From a virus (taxonomy: Duplodnaviria; Caudoviricetes), in IMG/VR virus record IMGVR_UViG_3300043078_000170: a stretch of DNA of 64,000 nucleotides, one strand, 5' to 3'. Each line of letters opens with the position of its first letter. Position 1 is the stretch's first letter. The notes beneath the pieces are model-generated. The model saw nothing but the letters and a program-made list of their open reading frames with translations, did no database searches and was not told where the DNA came from. The position numbers were made by a program, and so were the translations under genes. Of the stretch, positions 39,763-49,402 are shown piece by piece.

Positions 39763-41487
39763 TTATCTTTCATAATAGAATACGAAGTTACCACAATCAT
39801 AAATTTTGAGATAACCAGCTTCTCTCATAATTTGGAATTCAGTTTTATCATCAGAATAAATATCTGGGAACTTCTTTTTAAGTTCTTGCTTTCTAAATCC
39901 AAATCTATTATATTTCTTTATATTATTTTTATCAATATAGAAATATGATGGAGAACTTGTATGATCTAATCTAAAATTATTTTTCAAATAAAGATTTCCA
40001 TCAGACCATCTTCTATCAGCATATGTGATAATTCTATTCCATTCAAAATTTCTTTCAAAATATTTAAATAATTTACTAAAACCACCAATTACACAAATAT
40101 CTCCTTCAGTAGCATATCTTGAAAGTTCATAATCAAAAGCAGTCTTATCACTCTTTTGTCCTAAAGAAAGTCTAGGCTTACAGAATGTCATAACTGCTAC
40201 TAAAGTATCTTCACCATTATCTTCTGGATACCAAAGACCAAGTTTAATACTTGCACTATCAGTTCCTTGAATATGATTATCTTCTAAAAATACCTTTTTA
40301 GCAGGTGCAGTAATCTCTTCAATATAACATTTTCTTGCAAATACCTTTCTACCAACATGCTGAGTCATATACTTTAATTTTCTTTTAACAATATCTTGCT
40401 TATTTACCCATTCATCTTCAAATAAATGAATAAGTCTTATACCATTTTTAACTGCTAATTCAGTTTTCTTAATATGATAATCCTTTGGAACAAAATCTTC
40501 TGAATGCCAATAAAGTCCATCAAATTCAATTCCAATTTTATAGTCAGGAAGATAAATATCTATTTCCTGTTTATTACCAAGAATTGTTCGATCATTTCTT
40601 GAGATATTTTCAACACCAATAGATTTAAGATAATCACAAATATCATCTTCATATTTAGATTTACCCATATTAGTGTTACATTTAGGGCATCTTTCAATAG
40701 TCTTATTATCTCTAGTATATGGATGAAGAATATCTACAGGTCTTACTGACCATTCATGACCACACTTATTATGTCTAATTTTTACTTTTTCTTTATTACT
40801 TGAATAATTACTTAATAGAGTATAATTATCTCCTAAAGCTTCTTGGAACGTTTCATTTGTATATTTTTCTGATTTATAACAATTTGAACAACCTTTACCA
40901 AGTAATAAATTAGAAGGTGTTGCTTCAAATAATTTTCCACACTTAGTATGATATACTTTAATCTTAGTATTATTATCAGTATAAGGCTGTTTTAATAATA
41001 CTTCATACTCTTCACCTAAGACTTCTTCAACTCTTGCTTTAAGTGTCTTAATTCCAATTTTATGCTTTTCAGCACCTTGTTTCTTAGAACATTTAGGACA
41101 TCTTCTATTATTAAGAAAACAATCTGGTCTAACATCATATTCTAACCCACAAGTATTATGTTTCATTTTAACCTTGGTTGTAGTATTAACGAAATCACTT
41201 AATAAAGTATATTCATCTCCAACTAAATCAAATATTTCCTTTTTAAAGCTTTCAGTTGTTCTATTACGATTTTTAGGTTTTTTAGCATTTTCTCTATTTG
41301 CAATAGCTCTTGCACATTTAGGACATCTTTTTCCTGCTAAAAAGTTAGTAGGAGAAACGTCATATTTAAGTCCACAATCTTCATGTAATATTGTAACTTT
41401 ATTATGAGTTCCAGTATATTCGGATAATAATTTATATCCTTCATTTTCTTCAACCTTTTTTCTAAAGCTTTCAGTATCCCAACGCAT
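39763..41487 (-). CDS. free-standing Hef-like endonuclease: Zn-ribbon repeats, Vsr/PD-(D/E)xK-like domain, GNAT/Mom-like C-terminus
   Basis: four HxxCG ... CPKC-type repeats; EIDIYLP..IGIEFDGLYWH; YELSRYA ... ITYADRRWS.G.LY. Confidence 0.75.
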   Translation of the reverse strand: MRWDTESFRKKVEENEGYKLLSEYTGTHNKVTILHEDCGLKYDVSPTNFLAGKRCPKCARAIANRENAKKPKNRNRTTESFKKEIFDLVGDEYTLLSDFVNTTTKVKMKHNTCGLEYDVRPDCFLNNRRCPKCSKKQGAEKHKIGIKTLKARVEEVLGEEYEVLLKQPYTDNNTKIKVYHTKCGKLFEATPSNLLLGKGCSNCYKSEKYTNETFQEALGDNYTLLSNYSSNKEKVKIRHNKCGHEWSVRPVDILHPYTRDNKTIERCPKCNTNMGKSKYEDDICDYLKSIGVENISRNDRTILGNKQEIDIYLPDYKIGIEFDGLYWHSEDFVPKDYHIKKTELAVKNGIRLIHLFEDEWVNKQDIVKRKLKYMTQHVGRKVFARKCYIEEITAPAKKVFLEDNHIQGTDSASIKLGLWYPEDNGEDTLVAVMTFCKPRLSLGQKSDKTAFDYELSRYATEGDICVIGGFSKLFKYFERNFEWNRIITYADRRWSDGNLYLKNNFRLDHTSSPSYFYIDKNNIKKYNRFGFRKQELKKKFPDIYSDDKTEFQIMREAGYLKIYDCGNFVFYYER

Positions 41488-41548
41488 AATTTTATTACTC
41501 CTTTAATAAAAAATATTTTTTGTAGTTTATCAATCTAACTACACTATA

Positions 41549-41558
41549 ATAATATATA
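41549..41558 (-). promoter_or_regulatory. early-type phage promoter TATATATTAT
   Basis: upstream of Hef-like nuclease. Confidence 0.7.
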
Positions 41559-41605
41559 GTTATAGTTGGTTTTAAAATTTTTTAATTTATAGTTGGTATA
41601 AATTT

Positions 41606-42712
41606 CTAATTATATTTATTAATAATATCTTCTAATATTATTTCTAGATTATCAAAATCCTTATAAGATATTCGATATAAATCAATATTATGATCTTTAC
41701 AATATTGATCTTTAATTTCATCTCTTTTCTTTTGCATTTCTAATTTCTTTTCACCATATATATTTTTATTATGAAATTCTCCATCATATTCTATTAATAT
41801 AATTTTTCCTGTATCATCTTCTAGCTTAAAATCAAACTCTAATGTTCTTTTATATTTGCAATCTTTTAAACCTTTATAATGCCAAATATATTCATAATCA
41901 TTTGAATCTAACCATTTAGCTATCTTTTCTTCTCCTAATGAAATTCTACAATGTGGACATCTGTTTCCATTTAAAAAATCATCTGCAGTTAATGTAAAAA
42001 TATTATTACATTTTTTACATAATACTTTTATTTTATTTTTTCGTTTAGTATATTTAGTTAATATTTCATAATTATTAAAAGTATCTTTTGGTAATTTCTT
42101 TAAAAATTCTTCATGTGTTAATGTATGCTTTTTAGCTCTTTGTTTTAAAGAGCATTTAGGACATCTTCTCTTTTTATTTAAGAAGTTGTCAGCAGTTGTT
42201 TCAAATATATTATTACATTTATTGTGTTTAATTTTTATTTTAGATTTATTATTAATATATTCATCACTTATTAATGAATATTCATTACCTACTTGATTTT
42301 CCATATCACTTCTTAAGGATTCTATTGTCTTTCTTTTACTTGGATGAGAACAATATGGACATCTATGATTATTATTAAAATTAATAGGTGTCATTTCAAA
42401 TTCTTTATTACATTTATTATGCTTAAATTTAACTTTAGTTTTATTATTAATATACTCAGATATTAATTCATATTCGTTATTAGTAATATTTTTTACTTTT
42501 TCTTTATACATATCAGTATTCATTATATGATTAGAACAATAAGGACATCTATCTCCTTGAATAAATCTATCAGGTCTTACTCTATAAGTATTATTACATT
42601 TATTATGCTTAAGAATAACTTGTGTTTTATTATTAATATATTCTGATTGTAACTCATACTCATCATTAGTAAGATTTTTTAATTTGTCTTTAAATGATAA
42701 AATAATTATCAA
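41606..42712 (-). CDS. free-standing Zn-repeat Vsr-like homing endonuclease
   Basis: four repeats of KHNKC ... RCPxC type; FDFKL ... LIEYDGEFH. Confidence 0.75.
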   Translation of the reverse strand: MIIILSFKDKLKNLTNDEYELQSEYINNKTQVILKHNKCNNTYRVRPDRFIQGDRCPYCSNHIMNTDMYKEKVKNITNNEYELISEYINNKTKVKFKHNKCNKEFEMTPINFNNNHRCPYCSHPSKRKTIESLRSDMENQVGNEYSLISDEYINNKSKIKIKHNKCNNIFETTADNFLNKKRRCPKCSLKQRAKKHTLTHEEFLKKLPKDTFNNYEILTKYTKRKNKIKVLCKKCNNIFTLTADDFLNGNRCPHCRISLGEEKIAKWLDSNDYEYIWHYKGLKDCKYKRTLEFDFKLEDDTGKIILIEYDGEFHNKNIYGEKKLEMQKKRDEIKDQYCKDHNIDLYRISYKDFDNLEIILEDIINKYN

Positions 42713-42763
42713 CTCCTATTTAGTATTTAAATAATAGTTTTCCAATTATAAAAAATAAAAATT

Positions 42764-42788
42764 CCCTAAGACTTAATAAGTCTTAGGG
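42764..42788 (-). terminator. terminator of RNAP beta gene
   Basis: CCCTAAGACTT/AAGTCTTAGGG. Confidence 0.8.
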
Positions 42789-42794
42789 ATTTAT

Positions 42795-45700
42795 TTAAGA
42801 TTGATATATATCTTTTATTTGACGTTTTAATTCTATTAAAGCTTTCGAAGCGTAACCGTCAATAAAGATGTCTAGAGTCATACGGCTGTTTATACTTAAA
42901 GGACTTAATATAGCTTCTACTGGTTCTTCTGGTCTATACTCAGAATATGGTTCTTCACCTTTTTCTAAAACCTTTGAAACAATAGTTTTAAGAGCCGTTC
43001 CGTATATAATTTTATCGCCTATACCTAACTCTTGGTAATATTCTATAAAGAATTCAAACATTACACCATCTATTACATCTTCACCTTTAATTTTATTTTC
43101 AGTTTGTTTTTCAATAATAGGAGCATTTAAAGAATCATAACCTGTTCCTTTTATTTTTTCTATAATAGCTTTTCTAGATTTTTTTGCATTAATATAAGAT
43201 TTAATTACTTTTTGTAAACTTTCTGAATATTCTTCAATATCATTAGTATAATAAATATTTACTTTAGTAACTACACCTGTATATTTACACTTTAATTCAT
43301 TTTTAGCCATCTCGGCAATATTGGCTGCAAATTCATCACCAATTTTACCTAAGATATCATTCATAGATTCATCATTAAATGAATTTTCAAAGATTAATAA
43401 AGGTTCATTAGTTTTAATATTTTGACCTTCTTTAGCTACAAAACTTACTGTAGCATTTTTATCAAGAATCTTTGTCTTTCTCATAGTAACTTTAGTAGCT
43501 AAGCCTTCAGATACTTTATCAGTAACAATAGATGAGTCTTCAAGAGTAAAATCTGCTGAAGCAATAGCTACTTTAGTAGTTCTACCCATACAATATATAA
43601 TATCATCTTTTTTACCATTACCAACAAAGAAATTAGGATTCTTTGCTATTACAGCACCTTTATTGAATTTTTCTCCAGGTGTATAAAGCATTTCAAATTG
43701 CTGTGAGTTATAAAAACCACCATTACTATTGTTGGTTTCAACTATATCTAAATCAATTAAATCTTGTTTACCAGATTTATATTTAAGAATAGCTACTTTA
43801 TTTTTCATATCAACAGATTCTACTACACCATCTTCTTTTGCTTTAAATGCAAATTCATCAGAAATCATATAAGGAGCAGTTTTTTCCAATCCAGAACTAA
43901 TTAATGGTGGTGTCTGACCCAATACTGATACAATATGTTTCTGCTGTACAGATTGCATAGAAATACGAGGAGCATCTGAGTGTGTAGTTGTTGATGGATT
44001 CATTAATTCTGAGAAGTCATATTGAGTTGTAGAGCCATTTCCTTTAGCATTACTTGGATCTACAAAACCATATATATTAGTAATTTTAGGATTATAAGTT
44101 AATTGTCTAACAATACCAACCTGATTTCCTTCAGGAGTGTTAAGACTAATTAAATTCTTCATATTTTCATTATAACCACGAGTTCTTGTAGTGTAAGCTT
44201 CCATTTTAATAATTGGACTATATCTTCATCACTAAATGATGCCTTCCATTTCGGGTAAACCATAAAACCCTACTCTACTCGCTTCGTGTAAATATTTCAA
44301 TTTACCTTATTTTTAACTAGTTTATACTAGTATATTAGCTTTCGATAGTCTCTGAACTCATATCCTATCTTAGTAGGATACTTCGCTGCATCGATTGGAC
44401 TTAAAACTTAATCTTGTTACTATACCTAAGTCTGTTAAACTTCGCCACTAATTATATTACTATCTTAGTTTAGTAATTAAGTTCGTTTAGTCTTTCCTGC
44501 AATTAGGAAGGTTTATTTTTACAATGTCAACAAAGCTTACTTGTTTAATATTATTTATTATAATTATAAATTTCATAATATTTATTTTTATTATACATAA
44601 TGTCATCTTCACTATCATAAAATAACATATTGTATTTATTAATAATAGCTAAAACATCTTCTTCTTCAGCTATATATTTTATTAAATTTTTAATTTCATT
44701 TAGATTTAATTTATATGGAATTCTAAGTAAATTTATTTTATTATTTTGACAATATTCATTTTTAACTAAATCATTTTTACGAGTATTTTCAAATTTATTT
44801 ATTTTTCCACTTGAAAAAGAATTTTTATCAAAATGTTGTTGTCCATCATACTCAATTAATAAATTATATTCTTCTAAATAAAAATCAAATCTTAATTTAA
44901 ATTTTTTACCTTTTAGATCATCATAAGATTTTTCCTTTGTAAATTTTATTTTATTTTCATTTAAAAGATTTTCAATAAATATTGAATTTTTTGAATTATT
45001 ATAATCTATTTCACAAGGACATCTTTCTCCTTTATAAATAAAATTCTCAGGATAAATCATATATTCACTTTTACATTTTTCATGATAAGATTTTACTTTA
45101 GTATGCATTGTAGTAAATTTACCAATAATTTTATATGAAGGATCTAATTCATTTATTTTATTAACAAACTCTTCATGAGACATTTGGTATTTACCAGAAC
45201 AATAAGGACAACCAAAATATTTTTCTGGATATTTATTAGTCTTAACATTTCTTATTAAAATATGTGGTTCAGCTTTAAAATTTTTGTCGCATACATTGCA
45301 TTTAAAAGTAGTTTTTGAATGCGTATTTTTAAAATCTCCTATTAATGTTAATTTACCATTAGTTAATAATTTTAATTTATCTTCTACATTTTTCTTTGAT
45401 TTACTTATATCTGATTGTCTTCTACACTTAGGACATAAATCTTCTAAAAAACGTTTTCTTACTCTTTCTCTAGTAAATTCATTAGGAAAAGTTTCAAAAG
45501 TATTTCCACATTTAATGTGTTTAATAGTACATTTTGTTTGTCCTGATTCAAAGTTAATTAATTTAAATTTATTTCCATATAAATTTAATATATTTTCTTG
45601 AAATTTTTCTTTGGTTAATTTTGGATTACCCATAATACTAACAACTCCTTTAAATTTATTAAAGGATTGTTAGGAATCAATTTATTTTTAAATTTATGGT

Positions 45701-48700
45701 TTTAAGAATTTTTATTGACATTGATCCCAGCAAGCCCCTTCATTGAAGCAGTGCCCATTCTCTCTAACAATTATTACTAATTGGACTATATCATCTTCTA
45801 TAATAATTTATAGAAGCCTTGCACTTCGGACATATTATATCCTACTCTACTCACTTCGTGTAAATATTTCAATTTACCTTATTTTTAACTAGTTTATACT
45901 AGTATATTAGCTTTCGATAGTCTCTGAACGTTCTTCATTTTATTATGAAGCTTCGCTGCTAGATTTCCCATTATTACAATACTTAGATTTTCATCATATA
46001 TCAATTTAATTATTTTTTCCGTCTTTCGACTGCATTCACACTTATCTTTACAGATTATGTTGTAGCTAATTAAATATTAGGGTTTACAAGCAATTCACAA
46101 GGTTATCATACATTATTACTAATATATGAGAGCTAATTACTCAAGAGATGGGTTTAAACTTGAATAAGATTCAATTGTTTTTAATTCCATTAATTTCTTA
46201 GTTAGAATATCTGGATCAACAGTTATCTTGACTGGGTTTTTAGCATGTTTAGAGTCTTTATAATGCTTAAATGAATCAGCCAATACTTTATAAAGCATAG
46301 CAGGTACTTGTTCTGCACCACGAATTCTAAAATTATTTACATCAGTTGGTTCAGAGAAAGAAATATCTTCTAATAATGTATTAGCATATAATAAAACATC
46401 ATAAACATTAGTAGGTAAATTTAATTCTTCCAGTATATCTTTAGTAATAGGATCTATTAATAAAGAAATTGAGTTATGAAATCCCTTTGCAGCATTTCTT
46501 GAATTAAATGCATCACCAAAATAATCAATATAAGGATCTGGTGAATTCATATCTGCAAACACTATCTCAGAACAGTTCATTTCTAATAAACCTGAAAGAA
46601 GCATACTGTTTCTTATCTTAGAAGTATCATAATAAAGATAACCATCTTTAAATTTAATTTTACCTAAATCATCTTGTACGCTTAAAGATCTATTGGTAGT
46701 TTCAAAAGTATACATGACTTTATATCTATCTAATAAATTTAATAATCCTAATTCATATCCTAATAAAACAGCTAATGGAAGTGTTTTATTATTAATTTCC
46801 ATTCTAGAATATGTTAATTTAGTATTAGTTTTAATTTTAGCAGAAGTAATATCTTTAACCTTTTCAGTTGTATTATTATAAACTAATTCAACAATCCATG
46901 AAGATAAAGTAATATCTAATGGCTCATATTTACTACCATTATATAAATAAATCTTTTTATCAATAATATTTGATAAAATTAATTTACTTTTATCTTTAGT
47001 ATACCCTACCATGAAATATTCTTTTTTATCAAAAGTTGCTTTAACAGCAATTTTTTCATTATATAGAGGTTTCTTAATATCCATAATATCTTGGATTTCT
47101 TGTTGATTAAAAATAAATATATAGTTTTCAATATTTAAACTATATAAATAAGATGAAATATCATTATATTCAGAACTTACAGTATATTTACCATTATTCT
47201 TTAATGAATTACCAAATTTAAAATCAAAAGTAGAACCTTGTTTTTTATATTTTAAAAGATTTTGCTTAGTAAATAAAGATTTTAAATAAGTAAGCTTTTC
47301 ACTAAATTTCTGTCCAAATCTTGTTATAAAGTGCTTATTATAGTTTGTAGTAATTTGAACTCTATCTGGTTCTAATTTAACAATTGGTAAAAAAACTATC
47401 TGTTTCATAATTACCTTTTTAGAACCATTTACATACATAAATTTTCCTTCTTTAATTTCTGGCATATTTACTTTAAATTTATGTGTAACATTAGTATCAT
47501 CTTTAAATTCTACTTCAAGGAGTTGTTGCTTGTTCATATCAGTATTATTAGATTTTAAATTAATCTTATTAACATATACACCAATATCATTATCATCATT
47601 AAATGATTTAAGAACTTTTGCAACATCTTTATTAAACTTTTTTTCCATATAAGTATCATCATAATCTTTTAATGTACTTGTAAGGATTTCTTTATTAGTA
47701 ATATCTTTAATATTACCATCAGATATTTCTTTAGTATCTATTTTTTTATTTTCATAATTTTCTTTAAGATCTTTTAAAGAAACATCATTAAACATAATTT
47801 TTTCTTGTTGTATTTTTAATTGTTCTGCATTTTTTCTACGATCCCCATCTAATTTATCCTGCTGAACTTTTATTAAAGTATCTTTAAAAGCTTTATCATT
47901 AGTCATTAATTCCATCATTTGTTCTTCAGTCATATCAGTATCTTGATATTCATCAACAACTTCTTCAATTTTTTTATCTACTTCAGAAATATTGTCATCA
48001 TCTTCATTAACAGAAATACCAATTTCTTCAGCCATTTTTTCTTTAATATTATTTTTAGTAATTTCTTTTTCATCTGCTACAACATTCTTTGAATTAACTT
48101 TTTCTATAAAATTACTTGAAGGAGTATTATTAGATACTTCATTTGTTTCAATACCTTCTTCAGATTTTATAACTTCTTCTAATTCATCAGAACTTAATAA
48201 TAAATGATTAATTCTAATATTGAATTTTTGTTTATTTTTATAAAAATCATCATCTACTGTAAATTTAAAGAATGTTTTATTCTTAGCAGATAAGAATATA
48301 AATTGTACTCCTTTAAAATACTCTAAGAAATAGTCAACTCTTTTCTTAATTGCAGTTACAAAATAATAGAGAAAACTTGTATTATCAGTAGCATCCATTC
48401 CATCTACATTAAATACAATAGCTTTATAATCATATTTAAATTCATTATATTTAACATTAATTTCATCAAAGAAATCTTTCATTTTTACTAAAGGACTCTT
48501 TTTAGTAGACTCTTGATTAATTAATAAATAAGGTGTCATATCATAAAATAAATTAAGATTTTTATAGCTACTTATATTTTGTCTACAAAGTAAATTATAA
48601 TTTACTTTTTCTAAGAACTCTTTATAATGATTTGACTGATTAACCATTTTTCTTATTTTTTTATTATCTGAAACTAATAATCTTTCTCTATAATAGCTTT

Positions 48701-48872
48701 TATAATAAGCTGGCATAAATATATTTGAATTAATAGTCTCTATAAAATTTTCACTAGTTTTACCAATATGTAGAATTAATTGATTCTTTCTTAATTCTTT
48801 ATTCTCACTTGATAAATTTTTAATAGGCTTCTTTATAAGTTTATAATCTTTATATTTATCTAAAACTATCAT
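42795..48872 (-). CDS. phage multisubunit RNA polymerase beta-like subunit, three exons (48872-46140, 45767-45714, 44201-42795; 1397 aa), probably the virion RNAP large beta part
   Basis: GKFMYVNGSKKVIMKQ, joined LNPSLE|LERMGTASMKGLAGINVN|EAYT, TPEGNQVG, HSDAPRISM, EDS, GDK, LSPLSINSRMT correspond in order to RpoB motifs. Confidence 0.88.
44269..44357. repeat. 89-nt direct repeat copy A (intron 2 core)
   Basis: 88/89 identical to 45841-45929. Confidence 0.95.
44551..45633 (-). CDS. intron-encoded Zn-repeat Vsr-like homing endonuclease
   Basis: KHIKCG..CPKC repeats; RFDFYL..LIEYDGQQHF. Confidence 0.85.
   Translation of the reverse strand: MGNPKLTKEKFQENILNLYGNKFKLINFESGQTKCTIKHIKCGNTFETFPNEFTRERVRKRFLEDLCPKCRRQSDISKSKKNVEDKLKLLTNGKLTLIGDFKNTHSKTTFKCNVCDKNFKAEPHILIRNVKTNKYPEKYFGCPYCSGKYQMSHEEFVNKINELDPSYKIIGKFTTMHTKVKSYHEKCKSEYMIYPENFIYKGERCPCEIDYNNSKNSIFIENLLNENKIKFTKEKSYDDLKGKKFKLRFDFYLEEYNLLIEYDGQQHFDKNSFSSGKINKFENTRKNDLVKNEYCQNNKINLLRIPYKLNLNEIKNLIKYIAEEEDVLAIINKYNMLFYDSEDDIMYNKNKYYEIYNYNK
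45638..45673 (-). promoter_or_regulatory. RBS-sequestering hairpin containing a late promoter (45671-45660)
   Basis: CTAACAATCCTTTA pairs with TAAAGGAGTTGTTAG; 5' arm reads AACA-ATCCTT-TA. Confidence 0.8.
45768..46139 (-). mobile_element. group I intron 1 (about 372 nt, ORF-less) in RNAP beta gene
   Basis: P1 GAGU/GCUC, P2 with GTAA loop, AGCAGCGAAG, AGAGACTA, GATATAGTCC; junction ambiguous by 1 nt. Confidence 0.85.
45841..45929. repeat. 89-nt direct repeat copy B (intron 1 core)
   Basis: 88/89 identical to 44269-44357. Confidence 0.95.
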
Positions 48873-49002
48873 TTCTTAACCTCCTTAATAAAATTATTTT
48901 TATTTTATAAATTTAAATTTTAAAAAATTAAATAAATTAAATTATATTTTATCTAGTTTTATAATAAAAAGTTAAACAAAAAATTTAAATACAAAAAATA
49001 AA

Positions 49003-49012
49003 TATATATTAT
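49003..49012 (+). promoter_or_regulatory. early-type phage promoter TATATATTAT
   Basis: upstream of 49071 operon. Confidence 0.75.
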
Positions 49013-49070
49013 TTTTGTGTCAAAGTATAATTTGACAGAAAATTTTATTTTATAACGGAGGTCATATTAA

Positions 49071-49388
49071 ATGATTAACTCAAAGTTAAAAAAATTCGCA
49101 GAGCAGATGAATCTTAATGTATTGGATAATGAGGAAACTTATTATCTTTCATTGGATGAAATCAGTATCAATGACTACTTAAAGAGTCATGTAAAAGAAG
49201 ATGAAAGTGGTATTTATGCAACAAGTATTAGTACCTCAGATGAAACCCATTCAATTTCATTAATTGAAGATGAAAATAAGAATTTCGTTGAAATTAATTT
49301 CATTGATAATGAAACTGGAAACTATGTCGTTTATTCATTTAATGATGTAATTAATGAATATGTAGAAGAATTAATCGTTGAATTTTAA
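49071..49388 (+). CDS. acidic hypothetical protein (early)
   Basis: SD GGAGG; early-type promoter. Confidence 0.75.
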   Translation: MINSKLKKFAEQMNLNVLDNEETYYLSLDEISINDYLKSHVKEDESGIYATSISTSDETHSISLIEDENKNFVEINFIDNETGNYVVYSFNDVINEYVEELIVEF

Positions 49389-49402
49389 GGAGGAAATTAA
49401 AA

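Larger units (their letters stand above)
44202..45713 (-). mobile_element. group I intron 2 (1512 nt) with endonuclease gene in the P1 loop
   Basis: IGS GTAAGCTTT-G-TTGACATTG (44540-44522) pairs with both exons; AGAGACTA and GATATAGTCC P7 elements; terminal G. Confidence 0.92.

Noticed and set aside
42795-44204. Independent 469-aa RNAP subunit starting at ATG 44204
   Set aside because: No SD; the G of this ATG is the intron terminal G and P10 pairing defines the exon start at 44201.
34266-48872. Inteins in gyrase or RNAP
   Set aside because: No C/S-start with HN-C/S/T end motifs or LAGLIDADG blocks; the interruptions are RNA-level introns.
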